The notes: generated by a model not told the origin, from the sequence alone. DNA of 64,000 bases from Planctomycetota bacterium (GCA_965223845.1 CBDCXR010000004.1:4608001-4672000), one strand, 5' to 3'; counted from the stretch's first letter, positions 27,297 through 39,370 are shown. Numbers and translations are program-made.

Positions 27297-28759
27297 TGTC
27301 GCGCCGACGAATTCGCGCCTGGGTGATCGGCGCCGCCAATTTTGGCCTTCTCATCGCGATCGCGCTCGTCAGCTATCACATCCCGTTCGGCGGAGCGCGC
27401 GGATTCGACGATCGATTCCGAACGGACAACGAGTTCATCCGCGGCGACTCGAACGACGATGGTTTCGTCGACATCTCCGACCCGCTCCATATCCTCGGCT
27501 TCCTCTTCGGAGGCGGCGAAATCCCTCCCTGCCGCGCGGCGTCGGACGCGAACGACAGCGCGCGGATCGACATCTCGGACGCACTCCTTCTCCTCAATTT
27601 CCTCTTCGGTGATGGATTCCCGCCGTCGGCACCGTATCCCGAACCCGATCGCGACCCGACCTTCGATCTCGGGTGTCGTGAGGCGCCGGCGCCGCCCGTG
27701 CCCGCGGTCGGCGAGCTCGGCGGTCCGGATCGGGAGCTCACGGACGCAGAGATGCAGTCGTGGCTCCGCGGGCGGCAGCTCTTCGATCGTCGGACGACCC
27801 TCGCCGAGGGGCTCGGTCCGATGTTCAACGGCGACTCCTGCCGCGGATGTCACCTCGATCCCGTCATCGGGGGCTCGGGCGGACTCGACGTCAATGTCGT
27901 TCGTTTCGCCAACGAGGATCCGGAGAGCGGTGAGGTCACCTTCGTCGAAGGCGGTCCCGCCACGTCGCGCTTCGCGCTGCTCACGCTCCAGCGTGAGGAG
28001 ATTCCCCCGGACGGCAACATCATCGAATCGCGACAGACGCCGACCGTTCTCGGCCTCGGACTCGTCGACCGACTCTCAGACGATGTCTTGCTCGCGAACG
28101 CGGACCCGGACGACTCGGACGGCGACGGAATCTCGGGGCGCGCGAAGATCGTCAACGGCCGCGTCGCGCGATTCGGGCACAAATGCGACGTGCCGACCCT
28201 CCTCGACTTCACCGCGGATGCGCTCTTCAACGAGCTCGGCGTGACGGTCGGCGCACACCGCTCGACGTTCGCCGTCGCCGAGGACACCGACGGCGCCGAG
28301 GACCCCGAGCTCTCCGACGAGCAGCTCGACGACCTCGCGTTCTTTAGCTCGCACCTCGCGCCCCCGCCTCGGCTCCTCCCCGACTCACCGAACGCGCTCG
28401 CGCTCATCGCCGAGGGCGAATCGCTGTTCGCCGAGATCGGCTGCGCCAAGTGCCACGTTCCAGCGCTCGAAGGCGCCGACGGCCCGGTCCCCGCGTACTC
28501 GGATTTCCTGCTCCACGACGTCGCCGACCCGCGCCGGTATCAAGTCATGAGCACCGACGCCGAACCGCGCGAGTTTCGCACCGCGCCGCTGTGGGGGGTT
28601 CGAGACACGGGACCGTACCTTCACGATGGGTCCGCGGAGTCGCTGCGGAACGCGATCCTCATCGGCCATTGGGGTGAAGCAGAGGCGGCACGCGACGCCT
28701 ATGAGGCTTTGCCCATCGTGGAAGCGCAGAAGCTCGAAGCGTTCTTGCTCAGCCTCTGA
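27296..28759 (+). CDS. DHOR-family di-heme protein with N-terminal dockerin-like (EF-hand) module
   Basis: ATG overlaps previous TGA; FIRGDSNDDGFVDISD...DANDSARIDISD; CRGCH, CAKCH, FRTAPLWG. Confidence 0.88.
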   Translation: MSRRRIRAWVIGAANFGLLIAIALVSYHIPFGGARGFDDRFRTDNEFIRGDSNDDGFVDISDPLHILGFLFGGGEIPPCRAASDANDSARIDISDALLLLNFLFGDGFPPSAPYPEPDRDPTFDLGCREAPAPPVPAVGELGGPDRELTDAEMQSWLRGRQLFDRRTTLAEGLGPMFNGDSCRGCHLDPVIGGSGGLDVNVVRFANEDPESGEVTFVEGGPATSRFALLTLQREEIPPDGNIIESRQTPTVLGLGLVDRLSDDVLLANADPDDSDGDGISGRAKIVNGRVARFGHKCDVPTLLDFTADALFNELGVTVGAHRSTFAVAEDTDGAEDPELSDEQLDDLAFFSSHLAPPPRLLPDSPNALALIAEGESLFAEIGCAKCHVPALEGADGPVPAYSDFLLHDVADPRRYQVMSTDAEPREFRTAPLWGVRDTGPYLHDGSAESLRNAILIGHWGEAEAARDAYEALPIVEAQKLEAFLLSL

Positions 28760-29239
28760 TCAGCTCCGATCGTTCAGCCGTCTCGTCTCCGAGCCTGCCG
28801 GCCGGCGCGTCGGTCGAAAGCATGCTCGGACGGCCGAGCCCTAAGTCGACCGACCGGTGTAGGACCGCGAACGCGGACAACCCGCGACACGTCGACGTCT
28901 GTCGACCGAGCTCCGTGACTCGCTCCGAAGTCGGGGCCCTCGCGACAAACCGCGACCGCACGGCAACATTGTCGAGTGAGGATTCCGGGGATACGAACTT
29001 CAATCCGATCATCGTCGTCAACAACGGACTGGATCACTTCGAGGGTTGGTCGGAACGGCAGAACCCAACAAATTCGTTCGGTTTAAGCGGCTCGAAGTCT
29101 AGACCGTCGACGAAGCGAGCGCACTCGAGCTTGTTCTGATTCTCTCGCGCTGAAGCAGCCGAGCGGCAGCGGAGGACGTCGCTTCCCGCTCGCGCTCGCG
29201 ACGGGCCGTCACTCGAAGCTTGCTCTATCCGCCGTTCGG

Positions 29240-32200
29240 TCAATCCGCCGATCGAATCTTCGCTCGATAGACCGCCCGCGGCGCCCCGAGTGGCGCGACG
29301 CGTTCGACGCCCTGCGGTGAACGAGCAACGAAGTAGTACCCGACGACGCGCATGGAATCGTCGAGGGGGAGTTTGACTGCCGCCGTGACTCGCCCGGACC
29401 CGGGCTTCGTCGGCGTCACCGCCGGAATCGGCATCTCGATCTCGCGCCATTCCGATTCGCCACCACGACCCGAAACGCGGCAGTGAAGCGTGAGAGCGGC
29501 GATCCGATCAGCGGGAACCCAGTCCTCAAGATTCACTCGGACTTCGAGCTCGTCGGATTCGCCGCGCCGGCCGCGAAGCTCTCCGTTCGTCATGACGGGC
29601 GGCGCTAGCTGCGCATTCCGCGCGTTGTCGCGGCCTGGTGTCGGTTCGAGAAATCCGAAACCCGCTTTGGTTCGTCCGTACGAAAAGCCGGGCGACTGCC
29701 GACCGTAGACGTACCAGTCGTAAACGATCGCGCGATCTCGATCGTCGTCGTCATGACGACCGGAGCGCTCGCGATCCTCGTCGAGCTCGCGCTCGTCACG
29801 CGTGGGCTCGTCATCGCGACGGTCCCGTTCGACTCGCTCCGATTTCCCATCGTCGCCTCGACGCTCGACAACGGGGCCGAGAAGCGCGACCAGCCCGCCC
29901 TCGGGGGCGAACCCCGGAAAAGAATCGCGGCGCCGCTCGCGCTCGTCTCTGTCGCGACGTTCGAGCTCCTCGCGCTCTCGGCGTTCGAGCTCCTCCTCGT
30001 CCAGCTCCTCGCGTCCGCGTCGATCGAGTTCCTCACGCTCGCGACGTTCGAGTTCCTCACGCTCACGACGTTCGAGCTCCTCCTCGTCCAGCTCCTCGCG
30101 TCCGCGTCGATCGAGTTCCTCACGCTCACGACGTTCGAGCTCCGCTCGCTCACGCCGCTCGAGCTCCTCGGCGTCGACCTCCTCGTCGGCATCTGGTGCC
30201 TGCGGCGGACCGAACCGAACGACTCGAAACTCCCGTGGATCGAGAACGCCGTTCCCGAGCTCGTGCCGCGGCCCCCGGAGACGGTCGTCCGCCGCGAGCT
30301 CGAACCCGCGGAGATCGACGCGTCGATCTCCCCGATTGTAGAGCTCAACCCAACCGCCCGAGCTCGAGAACTGAAACTCGTTGATTACGATCGGCGGGCG
30401 AAGGCGAGCGCGCTCGGTCGCGATCTGCTCGAGAAGCGACGCGGCGTGCTCGCGCACGAACCGCCGAAGCATCTCGGGCGATCGGCGAAACGGGTCGTGA
30501 TCTCCCGGCGGCCAGTGATTCGGATCCGCCTCGGCTTCCGGCGCGAGCGCCGCGAAATTGCGCTCGACGAGCGGCGTGACGAGTCGCTCTAGCCCCTGCG
30601 CGGCATCCCCGAGGCGGTCGAGGTACTCTCCGCGCAGCGCGGCGTCGTTCAAAACGCGCGAGTAGAGCATGAACCAGTAGGGCCGGGATGGCCCGAGCCC
30701 CTGAAGCGTCTGACCGAACACGGAGAGGTGCGGCCTCTCGAGGCGGCGCGACGGCCCCATGATGCCGAAACTCCCGTTGTTGTGATCCCAAGGGAGGAAA
30801 CTCCAGCGCCGTGACGGGCTCGCGTAGGAGTAGAAGAAATCGTTCGCCTCGATCTCCGACCGGTGGCAGAGAACCGACGCGATCCAGAAGTCGCGCACCG
30901 CTGGCCAGTCCGTCGCGGCGCGGACGAACGCGTGGAACTCGCCGCGGTCGATGCGGTTGATCTGCCAAAAGAACTCGTCGAGGTAACGCCGGCGGCGGTA
31001 GCTGCGGTCGCCGCCGAGTGAACCGGCGCTCGCCTCCTGAAACGATCCCGCGCGGTAGACGTAACCTTTCGGGAGTCCCAAATCCTTTCGAAGCGCGCGA
31101 TCGACCGGCGATATGTCGAGGTAGACGCCTTCGTAGCGGCCGTTGAGCACGAGGTGGACGAACGCGGCCGACGACGCTGGGACACCGAGCGCAGCGAAGA
31201 CATCGGTCGCGAGCTTCTCCTGCTGAAACGTAAAGTCGATCGGCTCCGCCTTCAGATAGAGCTTCCTCCCCGCGCGGGGACCGTGCGTTGCGGGCGGAGC
31301 ATCGCCGCCGCGAAACTCGATTCGGTAGCTCTTCTTCGCGGCGTGCCGGCTGCTGGCGCCGCGAAGACGAACCGTCACTCGGCTCGCCTCGCCGCGATAA
31401 CGGAGGAGGCCCTCGAACTCTTGATCGTCGAACGGCTCGACGAGAAGCCGGCGCAGACCCGGAGGGGAAATCTCGAGCTCGTACACGGGAAGCGCGGCCG
31501 CGGCGAGAGCTCGCGGCGCGAGCGTCACCGTCTCGCTCCACGCGCCGGCGCGCATTTCGTTCGCCCCCCGCTGGAGGCTCGCGATGCGGTACGTGTACTC
31601 GCGCCCGGGAACGACGTCGCGATCGATCCACCGCGAGACCCGCGCGCCCGACTCCCAGACGACGCGGAAGTCTCCACCATCCGTCCGCCGTTCGATGCGA
31701 AACTCAGAGACGCCGGCGCAGCCGGGCCCATTCCAGAAGAGATGGTTCTGGCCAAAGCTCGCGTCGCCGCGAAATCTCTTCGGCGGCGAAAGCGCGGCGC
31801 GGCGGGGAGACGGCGAGACCCAAATCGCACTCACGATCGATTCTCCCTGCCGGGCATCGGAGGGAACGAACCGAACGGTCAGAAGCTCTCCCGGTGCGAC
31901 GGCTCCGATTCCGCTCACTCGAAACGCTTGACCGACGCCGGCGAGCGCGAACGGATCGATCGCACTCGCGATTTTCTGGTTCTGAACGTAGACGTCGAAC
32001 TCGCGAAGCTCGCTCGTGTGAGCGAGCAACTCGACCTGCCCGATCTCGACGAGGTATTCTCCGGGACGCACCTTGAAGCGATACGCGGATGCACCGACAC
32101 GTGCCGACGCGTAGAGATCGACCGGTTCGTCGCCCCAGACCCCCACGGCAGGAACGAACCACGGCCGCAAGGAGTCGCCGCCGGTGCAACCGTACGTCGC

Positions 32201-32419
32201 GCCCTCGCGGTAGCGACGATCAGGAAGGACGCGCGTGCCGCCGAGTCGTATTCCTTCGCCGCCGCAGTTGACGATAAACGGGGCTCGAAGCCACGCATCC
32301 CGCGCGGGAGCTTCCGCTCCCATTCCGTAGGAATCGAGCTGCGCCCCCGTCCCAATCGCGACGATCAAAACGCGCAGCCCGATGCGCGTCGCGCTCGTCC
32401 TCGTCAATTCTTTCGCCAT
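29240..32419 (-). CDS. CotH-family kinase with malectin-like, FN3 and lamin-tail domains and a charged repeat insert
   Basis: IVNCGG/REFDVYVQ (malectin-like); WIDRDVVPGREYTYRI (FN3); RGASSRHAAKKSYRI, LNGRYEGVY, FLPWDHN (CotH); VINE...WVELYN (lamin tail). Confidence 0.82.
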   Translation of the reverse strand: MAKELTRTSATRIGLRVLIVAIGTGAQLDSYGMGAEAPARDAWLRAPFIVNCGGEGIRLGGTRVLPDRRYREGATYGCTGGDSLRPWFVPAVGVWGDEPVDLYASARVGASAYRFKVRPGEYLVEIGQVELLAHTSELREFDVYVQNQKIASAIDPFALAGVGQAFRVSGIGAVAPGELLTVRFVPSDARQGESIVSAIWVSPSPRRAALSPPKRFRGDASFGQNHLFWNGPGCAGVSEFRIERRTDGGDFRVVWESGARVSRWIDRDVVPGREYTYRIASLQRGANEMRAGAWSETVTLAPRALAAAALPVYELEISPPGLRRLLVEPFDDQEFEGLLRYRGEASRVTVRLRGASSRHAAKKSYRIEFRGGDAPPATHGPRAGRKLYLKAEPIDFTFQQEKLATDVFAALGVPASSAAFVHLVLNGRYEGVYLDISPVDRALRKDLGLPKGYVYRAGSFQEASAGSLGGDRSYRRRRYLDEFFWQINRIDRGEFHAFVRAATDWPAVRDFWIASVLCHRSEIEANDFFYSYASPSRRWSFLPWDHNNGSFGIMGPSRRLERPHLSVFGQTLQGLGPSRPYWFMLYSRVLNDAALRGEYLDRLGDAAQGLERLVTPLVERNFAALAPEAEADPNHWPPGDHDPFRRSPEMLRRFVREHAASLLEQIATERARLRPPIVINEFQFSSSGGWVELYNRGDRRVDLRGFELAADDRLRGPRHELGNGVLDPREFRVVRFGPPQAPDADEEVDAEELERRERAELERREREELDRRGREELDEEELERREREELERREREELDRRGREELDEEELERREREELERRDRDERERRRDSFPGFAPEGGLVALLGPVVERRGDDGKSERVERDRRDDEPTRDERELDEDRERSGRHDDDDRDRAIVYDWYVYGRQSPGFSYGRTKAGFGFLEPTPGRDNARNAQLAPPVMTNGELRGRRGESDELEVRVNLEDWVPADRIAALTLHCRVSGRGGESEWREIEMPIPAVTPTKPGSGRVTAAVKLPLDDSMRVVGYYFVARSPQGVERVAPLGAPRAVYRAKIRSAD
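29955..30175 (-). repeat. Intragenic 87-bp tandem repeat (about 2.5 copies) encoding E/R-rich 29-aa units
   Basis: CGTTCGAGCTCCTCCTCGTCCAGCTCC recurs at 29982 and 30069; unit ELERREREELERREREELDRRGREELDEE. Confidence 0.9.
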
Positions 32420-32573
32420 CGCTCATCTCGTTCTTCGTCGACCGCTCCATTGTCGTCGTCGACAGCGTTCGGCGCGAGGCCTCGATCGAGGTCGATCGCG
32501 CCGCTGGCGTGGAAGCCCGTCGGAACTCGCGGTTAGAATGTTCGTCTGGGGCGGCAGGCGACGGAGGAAAGAC

Positions 32574-33761
32574 ATGAAGATCCGCGAAGTCCGCGTCATC
32601 GTCACTTCACCCGGGCGAAACTACGTCGTCGTCAAGGTTCTCACGGACGAAGGCGTCTACGGCGTGGGAGAAGGAACGCTCAACGGGAGCGAGCTCGCGG
32701 TCGCGGAGTCTCTCCGTCATTCCTCGGAGCTCCTCATCGGACTCGACCCCCACCGCATCGAGGACATCTGGCACCTTCTCTACCATCACGCCTACTGGCG
32801 CCGCGGGCCGATTCAGATGGCAGCGATCAGCGCGATCGATATGGCGCTCTGGGACATCAAAGGGAAGGTGGCGAAGCTCCCCGTCTACCAGCTCCTCGGC
32901 GGCAAGGCCCGCGAGGGATGCATGGTGTACGGCCACGCGGGTGGATCGTCGCACGAAGCGATCGTCGAGTCGGTACGCGGCTATCAGCAGCGCGGGTTCA
33001 AGGTGATTCGCGTTCAGCACGGCGCGTACGGCGGTCCAGGACTTCTCCGCCGAATTCCCGCTCACCGCCCCGGGATTCCGAGCACGGCGGTGTTCGAACC
33101 GACACCTTATCTTCTCGACACGCCGCGCATGTTCGAGCACTTGCGAAAGCAGCTCGGTGACGAGGTCGAGCTCTGCCACGACGTCCACGAGCAGCTCACA
33201 CCGCAGCAGGCGGCCCATCTCGCCCGACAGCTTCAGGACTTTCGACTCTTCTTTCTCGAAGATCCCGTCCGCCCCGATCACAAGGAGAGCTTCAAGCTCG
33301 TCCGCGAAGCGTCGACGACGCCGCTCGCGATGGGCGAACTCTTCGTCTCGCGATGGGACTGTATCCCGCTCTTCGTGAATCAGTGGATCGATTACATCCG
33401 GATCAAGCCGCAGCACGTCGGCGGAATCACGGAAGCCAAAAAGATTTTCGCTCTCGCTGAGCCGTACCAGGTGAAAAGCGCGTCCCACGGCGCGCGCGAC
33501 ATCGGCCCGATCGGCCAGGCGGCATCCGTCCACGTGGGGCTCACGATCCCGAACTTCGGGGTGCAGGAGTGGACCGACTTTTCGAAGACGGAGCACGATG
33601 TCTTTCCCGGCCGGGCGTTCTTCCACGACGGCTACGCACACGTCCAGGAGACACCGGGTCTCGGAGTCGACGTCGATGAACGCGCCGCCGCGAAATACCC
33701 GTACCAGCGCGCTTACATGCCTCTCGTCCGGCGTGAGGACGGGACGATGCACGTCTACTGA
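32574..33761 (+). CDS. Enolase-superfamily acid-sugar dehydratase (ManD/RspA-like)
   Basis: GRNYVVVK, YWRRGP, DMALWDIKGK, HDVHE, FFLEDP, LAMGE, NFGVQE; GGAGG RBS before ATG at 32574. Confidence 0.9.
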   Translation: MKIREVRVIVTSPGRNYVVVKVLTDEGVYGVGEGTLNGSELAVAESLRHSSELLIGLDPHRIEDIWHLLYHHAYWRRGPIQMAAISAIDMALWDIKGKVAKLPVYQLLGGKAREGCMVYGHAGGSSHEAIVESVRGYQQRGFKVIRVQHGAYGGPGLLRRIPAHRPGIPSTAVFEPTPYLLDTPRMFEHLRKQLGDEVELCHDVHEQLTPQQAAHLARQLQDFRLFFLEDPVRPDHKESFKLVREASTTPLAMGELFVSRWDCIPLFVNQWIDYIRIKPQHVGGITEAKKIFALAEPYQVKSASHGARDIGPIGQAASVHVGLTIPNFGVQEWTDFSKTEHDVFPGRAFFHDGYAHVQETPGLGVDVDERAAAKYPYQRAYMPLVRREDGTMHVY

Positions 33762-33763
33762 CC

Positions 33764-33788
33764 CGCGCGAGCGTTTCGCGCTCGCGCG
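33764..33788 (+). terminator. Stem-loop immediately after the dehydratase stop codon
   Basis: CGCGCGAGCG-TTTCG-CGCTCGCGCG 10-bp stem; no U-tract. Confidence 0.45.
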
Positions 33789-34019
33789 AATCTCGGAGTG
33801 GAGCGCGGCGACGACGCGACATCTGGCCCGGATGACGAGAGTGCCGCGAGCGACCATTCGCGAAGATCCGGACGTCGAGCTCGCGGCGCTGCACGCACGT
33901 CGGTTACGATCTGGATGCTCGAGGAGCTCCGAGGAAGGGCTTGCTCGGCGAAGCCAGCGGGCTCCTTACGGTCCGCGCATCTCGAAGGAAGTGCACGCCG
34001 CGTGCCTGAGCCAGTTCGG

Positions 34020-34697
34020 ATGCGGAGTCAGAGACAAACCACAGCGATCTTACTCGGCACGCTCTCGGTCGCCGTACTCATCGCGTTGATCGCGATGGTT
34101 TTCTTCAGACCACGAGCCGCCCGAGCTTACCCGCCAGCACCCACCGCGCGTGTCGTCACGTTTCCGACCGATGCGATCTCGTTGGGAGGTGGGGTTCTTG
34201 TGAGCTTTGGGACACTGCACACACGGCCGTGGAAGGAGGGGCCCATCCGCACACCGGGGCGGTGGGAGAACATCGGCGAGGCGCGGGGCGAAGTCTCGAT
34301 TCCCGCGAACAAGATGCTCATGCTAAGCCTCGATTCGAACAACGATACAACACTCACTGCGCTCACTCGCCTTGACCCGTTTGACCTACAGGTCCTTTCG
34401 GCGCCCAGCCAGAACCGAATGACCCATGCCGCGATACCGAGCATCAGCCACTTGAAAGGTCTCAGAATACTGCACCTCGGTGGAGCACGAATCACGGATG
34501 ACAGTCTTCGTCACCTATCGCGTCTCTCATTCTTGGAACACCTCGACCTCCAGAGCTGCCCCATCTCCGACGAAGCGATCCCGCACTTAAGCAAACTGCG
34601 CTCGTTGCGCTCGCTGTCGCTCGCGCGTACACAAACCACGAATCGAGGAGTCTCGCGACTCCAATGGGCGCTTCGCGAATGCCAGATCAGTCACTGA
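34020..34697 (+). CDS. Membrane-anchored leucine-rich repeat protein
   Basis: N-terminal TM; LKGLRILHLGGARITD, LEHLDLQSCPISD, LRSLSLARTQTT. Confidence 0.8.
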   Translation: MRSQRQTTAILLGTLSVAVLIALIAMVFFRPRAARAYPPAPTARVVTFPTDAISLGGGVLVSFGTLHTRPWKEGPIRTPGRWENIGEARGEVSIPANKMLMLSLDSNNDTTLTALTRLDPFDLQVLSAPSQNRMTHAAIPSISHLKGLRILHLGGARITDDSLRHLSRLSFLEHLDLQSCPISDEAIPHLSKLRSLRSLSLARTQTTNRGVSRLQWALRECQISH

Positions 34698-34854
34698 GCT
34701 CGTAGCGTAGCTCCGGCGGTGTTCGACTGACTCCGCGCTCGTTTCAGTTGGCGTCCTTTGTAGCAACCTCACCTCGCCCGCAAGATCCCAAACGCCCTTG
34801 CGGTGCCGCGAACTGCCCGTTCTCGGTCACGTTCAAATTTCCTGGAGAATCAAC

Positions 34855-36258
<1,404 letters not shown>

Positions 36259-36277
36259 GCTCCGAGCGGCCAAAGCG

Positions 36278-39200
36278 ATGCGACGGCGACGAGCTCGCGA
36301 CCGAGCAGTGCACCCGACGCGGAACGCCGCGCGGCCGCGCGGCGTCGCCGATCTGCGGTTCGCCGCGGCACTCTGCGCGATGGGGTTTGCCCCGGGCGTC
36401 GCAGCCGATCCGCCGCGGGACTTCACCCGTCTCGTCGCCCACTGGGCGGAGTACGCCGACCCGGAGTACCTCCGATTCATTGGCGATGCGAAGCCCGAGA
36501 TCGCCCAGATCGGGTTCTACGGTGCCCATTTCTGGAGTCTCGCGCACACGGCGCACGGCGGCGGCTACCCCGCGCACTTTCCGGTGCGCGGGCACCGGGA
36601 GTGCGCGGATTGGTTCGAACGACGGAACGTCGAGATCCATCGCCTGGGAACGAAGATCGTCGGTCACCTAAACGTCAAGTTTCTCGTCGGCGATCCCGAC
36701 AGCGACGACGGGCCGCGCGGATTCTTCCGCTTCTACCGCGACTGGGATGAATCTCTCCTCGGACCGAAGCCCACGGCAGACCCGATGTCGCTTCTCGAAG
36801 TGGGTCGCAACGGCAAGCCTCGAGCGAGCGAGTCCTATCGGATCGGCGGGATGCGAGAATACTGGGCGTGCCTCAGCAATCCCGACTGGCGCGCCGTGCT
36901 CAAGGCGTGGGTTCGATTCGGCATCGCGCGCGGCGTCGACGGTTTCATCGTCAATTACTTCTACCGCCACGACTGTCACTGCGAGCACTGCGTCCGCGGA
37001 TTTCGCAAATACCTGCGGGAGCGATTCAGCCCCGCAGAGCTCGCCGGAAGGCTCGGCATCGACAGTCTCGCCGAGCACGTCTTCGATGAAATCGGCGCTT
37101 GGCACGATCCGTCGCGGTCGACTCTGCTTCGCCGCGAGGCTCTACGATTCTCGCAGCTCACGAACAAGCGGGCGTTCGACGAAGTCCTCATCGAGTTCGG
37201 ACGCGAGCTGAAACCGGATCTCATCGTCGCGCAGTGGAACCACCTCGGTGACTTCTCGCAATTGAGCGGCGACGAGCGCTGTCTTCTCCCCCGCGACGCG
37301 TGGGCTCGAGGCGAAGACTACCTCTGGTACAGCACTGGCGGCGCCGCAAACTCGACGAAGCTCGCCGAAGGAAACTTGGGCGAGGCGACGCTCCAGGCGC
37401 GCTACATCCGCGGCGCGTCGGGCGGGAAACCGTTCACGCTCGGGAAGTACGAACACGTTCGGGTCCGCACCGCGATCGCCGAGCTCGCCGCGAACGGGGG
37501 AGCGCCGATGGGCTTCTACACGAGATTTCGCGAAGCGGACGCTCGACGCGAGATCGTCCGCTACTATCGCTTTCTCCATCGCTACGACGCGCTCTATTCC
37601 GGGGATCGATCGTACGCGCCCGTTCTCCTCCGCTTCCCGCGCCGTGCCGTTCACTCCGGTGACTTGAAACCGCTCGAGCGCTTCAAGACGATCGGCCGGC
37701 GACTACTCGATGAGCACGTCCTCTTCGATGTCACTCCGGACGATTCGCCGGCGGCGAGTGCGTCGGAGTACCTCGCCGTCGTCGATCCCACCGACCCGGT
37801 CGCGAGAGCCGACACGGTGATGGATTCGCTCCCCGACTCGCTCAGCCGATTCGAGGCACCGGCGACCGTCCGCGTGTCGGCGTCGCGACCCGCACGGCAG
37901 GGAGAACTCACGATTCACTTTGTGAACTACAACCGCGTCGAACCGTCCGATGGGAGCGGCGCCGGCGGTGGAATCCGCGATGAAAGGCCGATCGCGACGC
38001 CTAGGATCCCCGCGAGCATTCGCGTGCCGCGCGGCTGCGTCGCTCGGCGCGTCGAGTTCCTGACGCCCGAAACCGACGCGCCGACGGAACTGCGGTTCCG
38101 CGCGGGCGCGGACGCGCGCGTGGACGTCGTCGTTCCGTCCTTCCTCGTCTACGGTGTTCTCCGGATTCATCTCGAAGCTACCGACGAGTCGAGCGCGAGA
38201 CTCCGTCCCCGAGTGGCGGGCGTCGTCACCGAGTATCGACACAATTCGCACGCCGACGTGATTCTCAGCCGCCTTCTCCTTACCGATACGCTCGACGGCA
38301 AAGGGAACCCGTCTGCGCTCGAGCTCGCGTCCCTCTATACCGATCAACGTCCGAGCGGCGACACGAGCCGTCTCCTCGCCGCGTCGCACGGGTTTCGCGT
38401 GAGCGAGACCGTGGCGGACGCCCTCACCCTCGGAACCGGCGAGCTCGCCGTCGACGCCGTTCTTCTCATCGCCGAGCACGGCAACTACCCGCGATCGGAA
38501 ACCGGCAACATCGTCTATCCGAAGCGCCGCCTCTGGGAGCAGATCCTCGAGGTGTTCCGCGCGAGCGGACGCGCCGTCCCCGTTTTCATCGACAAGCACA
38601 TCGCCGACAACTGGAAGGATGCGAAGTTTATTTACGACACGGCACGCGAACTCGACGTCCCTCTCATGGCGGGTTCGTCGCTCCCCGTGACTTGGCGACG
38701 ACCCGCGGTCGATGTTCCCCGCGGGTCGAAGCTGCGCGAGATCGTAGCGATCACCTATCACACGACGGATGCCTACGGCTTTCACGCTCTCGAGTTCGTC
38801 CAAGCGCTCGCCGAACAGCGAGACGGTGGCGAGACGGGGATTCGGGCGGTCGAATCGCTCGCGGGAGACGCGGTTTGGAATGCGCTCGACGAAAGGGCGA
38901 TCGATCTCGAGCTCTTCGGCGCCGCGTGGACGCGACTCTCGGCACCACGGGTCCCACGCGAGCGCCTCCGCGACGCCGTGCCCGAACCGCGGCTCTTTCG
39001 CCTCGAGCACACCGACGGACTCCGCGTCCACCTCCTCGAGTTGAACGGCGCGGCCGGCGAGTGGTCCGCGGCCTGGCGCTACGCCGACGGATCGAAGGCG
39101 TCGTCGCTCTTTTGGACGCAAGAGGGCCGTCCGGGAATGCACTTCACGTACCTTCTGAACGGGATCGAATCGATGGTCGAGACCGGAACGCCCGCTTGGA

Positions 39201-39370
39201 ACGCCGAGCGAACTCTCCTCACGAGCGGGACTCTCGACGCCCTGCTGAGCTCCCTTCACAATGGCCAACGTCGCATCGAAACACCCCACTTGGAGCTTCG
39301 CTACCAGCCGGTCTGGCGCTGGAGCGAACCCCCGTATCCTCCCTTCATGAGGCCTTGGTCCGAGCAGTGA
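36278..39370 (+). CDS. Large fusion: glycoside-hydrolase-like TIM barrel plus C-terminal Gfo/Idh/MocA-like domain
   Basis: WACLSNPDWR, GVDGFIVNY, CHCEHC in the N-half; VAGVVTEYRHNSHADVI, EHGNYP, FIDKH, MAGSS, YGFHALE in the C-half. Confidence 0.65.
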   Translation: MRRRRARDRAVHPTRNAARPRGVADLRFAAALCAMGFAPGVAADPPRDFTRLVAHWAEYADPEYLRFIGDAKPEIAQIGFYGAHFWSLAHTAHGGGYPAHFPVRGHRECADWFERRNVEIHRLGTKIVGHLNVKFLVGDPDSDDGPRGFFRFYRDWDESLLGPKPTADPMSLLEVGRNGKPRASESYRIGGMREYWACLSNPDWRAVLKAWVRFGIARGVDGFIVNYFYRHDCHCEHCVRGFRKYLRERFSPAELAGRLGIDSLAEHVFDEIGAWHDPSRSTLLRREALRFSQLTNKRAFDEVLIEFGRELKPDLIVAQWNHLGDFSQLSGDERCLLPRDAWARGEDYLWYSTGGAANSTKLAEGNLGEATLQARYIRGASGGKPFTLGKYEHVRVRTAIAELAANGGAPMGFYTRFREADARREIVRYYRFLHRYDALYSGDRSYAPVLLRFPRRAVHSGDLKPLERFKTIGRRLLDEHVLFDVTPDDSPAASASEYLAVVDPTDPVARADTVMDSLPDSLSRFEAPATVRVSASRPARQGELTIHFVNYNRVEPSDGSGAGGGIRDERPIATPRIPASIRVPRGCVARRVEFLTPETDAPTELRFRAGADARVDVVVPSFLVYGVLRIHLEATDESSARLRPRVAGVVTEYRHNSHADVILSRLLLTDTLDGKGNPSALELASLYTDQRPSGDTSRLLAASHGFRVSETVADALTLGTGELAVDAVLLIAEHGNYPRSETGNIVYPKRRLWEQILEVFRASGRAVPVFIDKHIADNWKDAKFIYDTARELDVPLMAGSSLPVTWRRPAVDVPRGSKLREIVAITYHTTDAYGFHALEFVQALAEQRDGGETGIRAVESLAGDAVWNALDERAIDLELFGAAWTRLSAPRVPRERLRDAVPEPRLFRLEHTDGLRVHLLELNGAAGEWSAAWRYADGSKASSLFWTQEGRPGMHFTYLLNGIESMVETGTPAWNAERTLLTSGTLDALLSSLHNGQRRIETPHLELRYQPVWRWSEPPYPPFMRPWSEQ

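Noticed and set aside
29955-30175. Possible CRISPR array
   Set aside because: The repeats are in-frame coding units with no unique spacers, and no cas genes are present.
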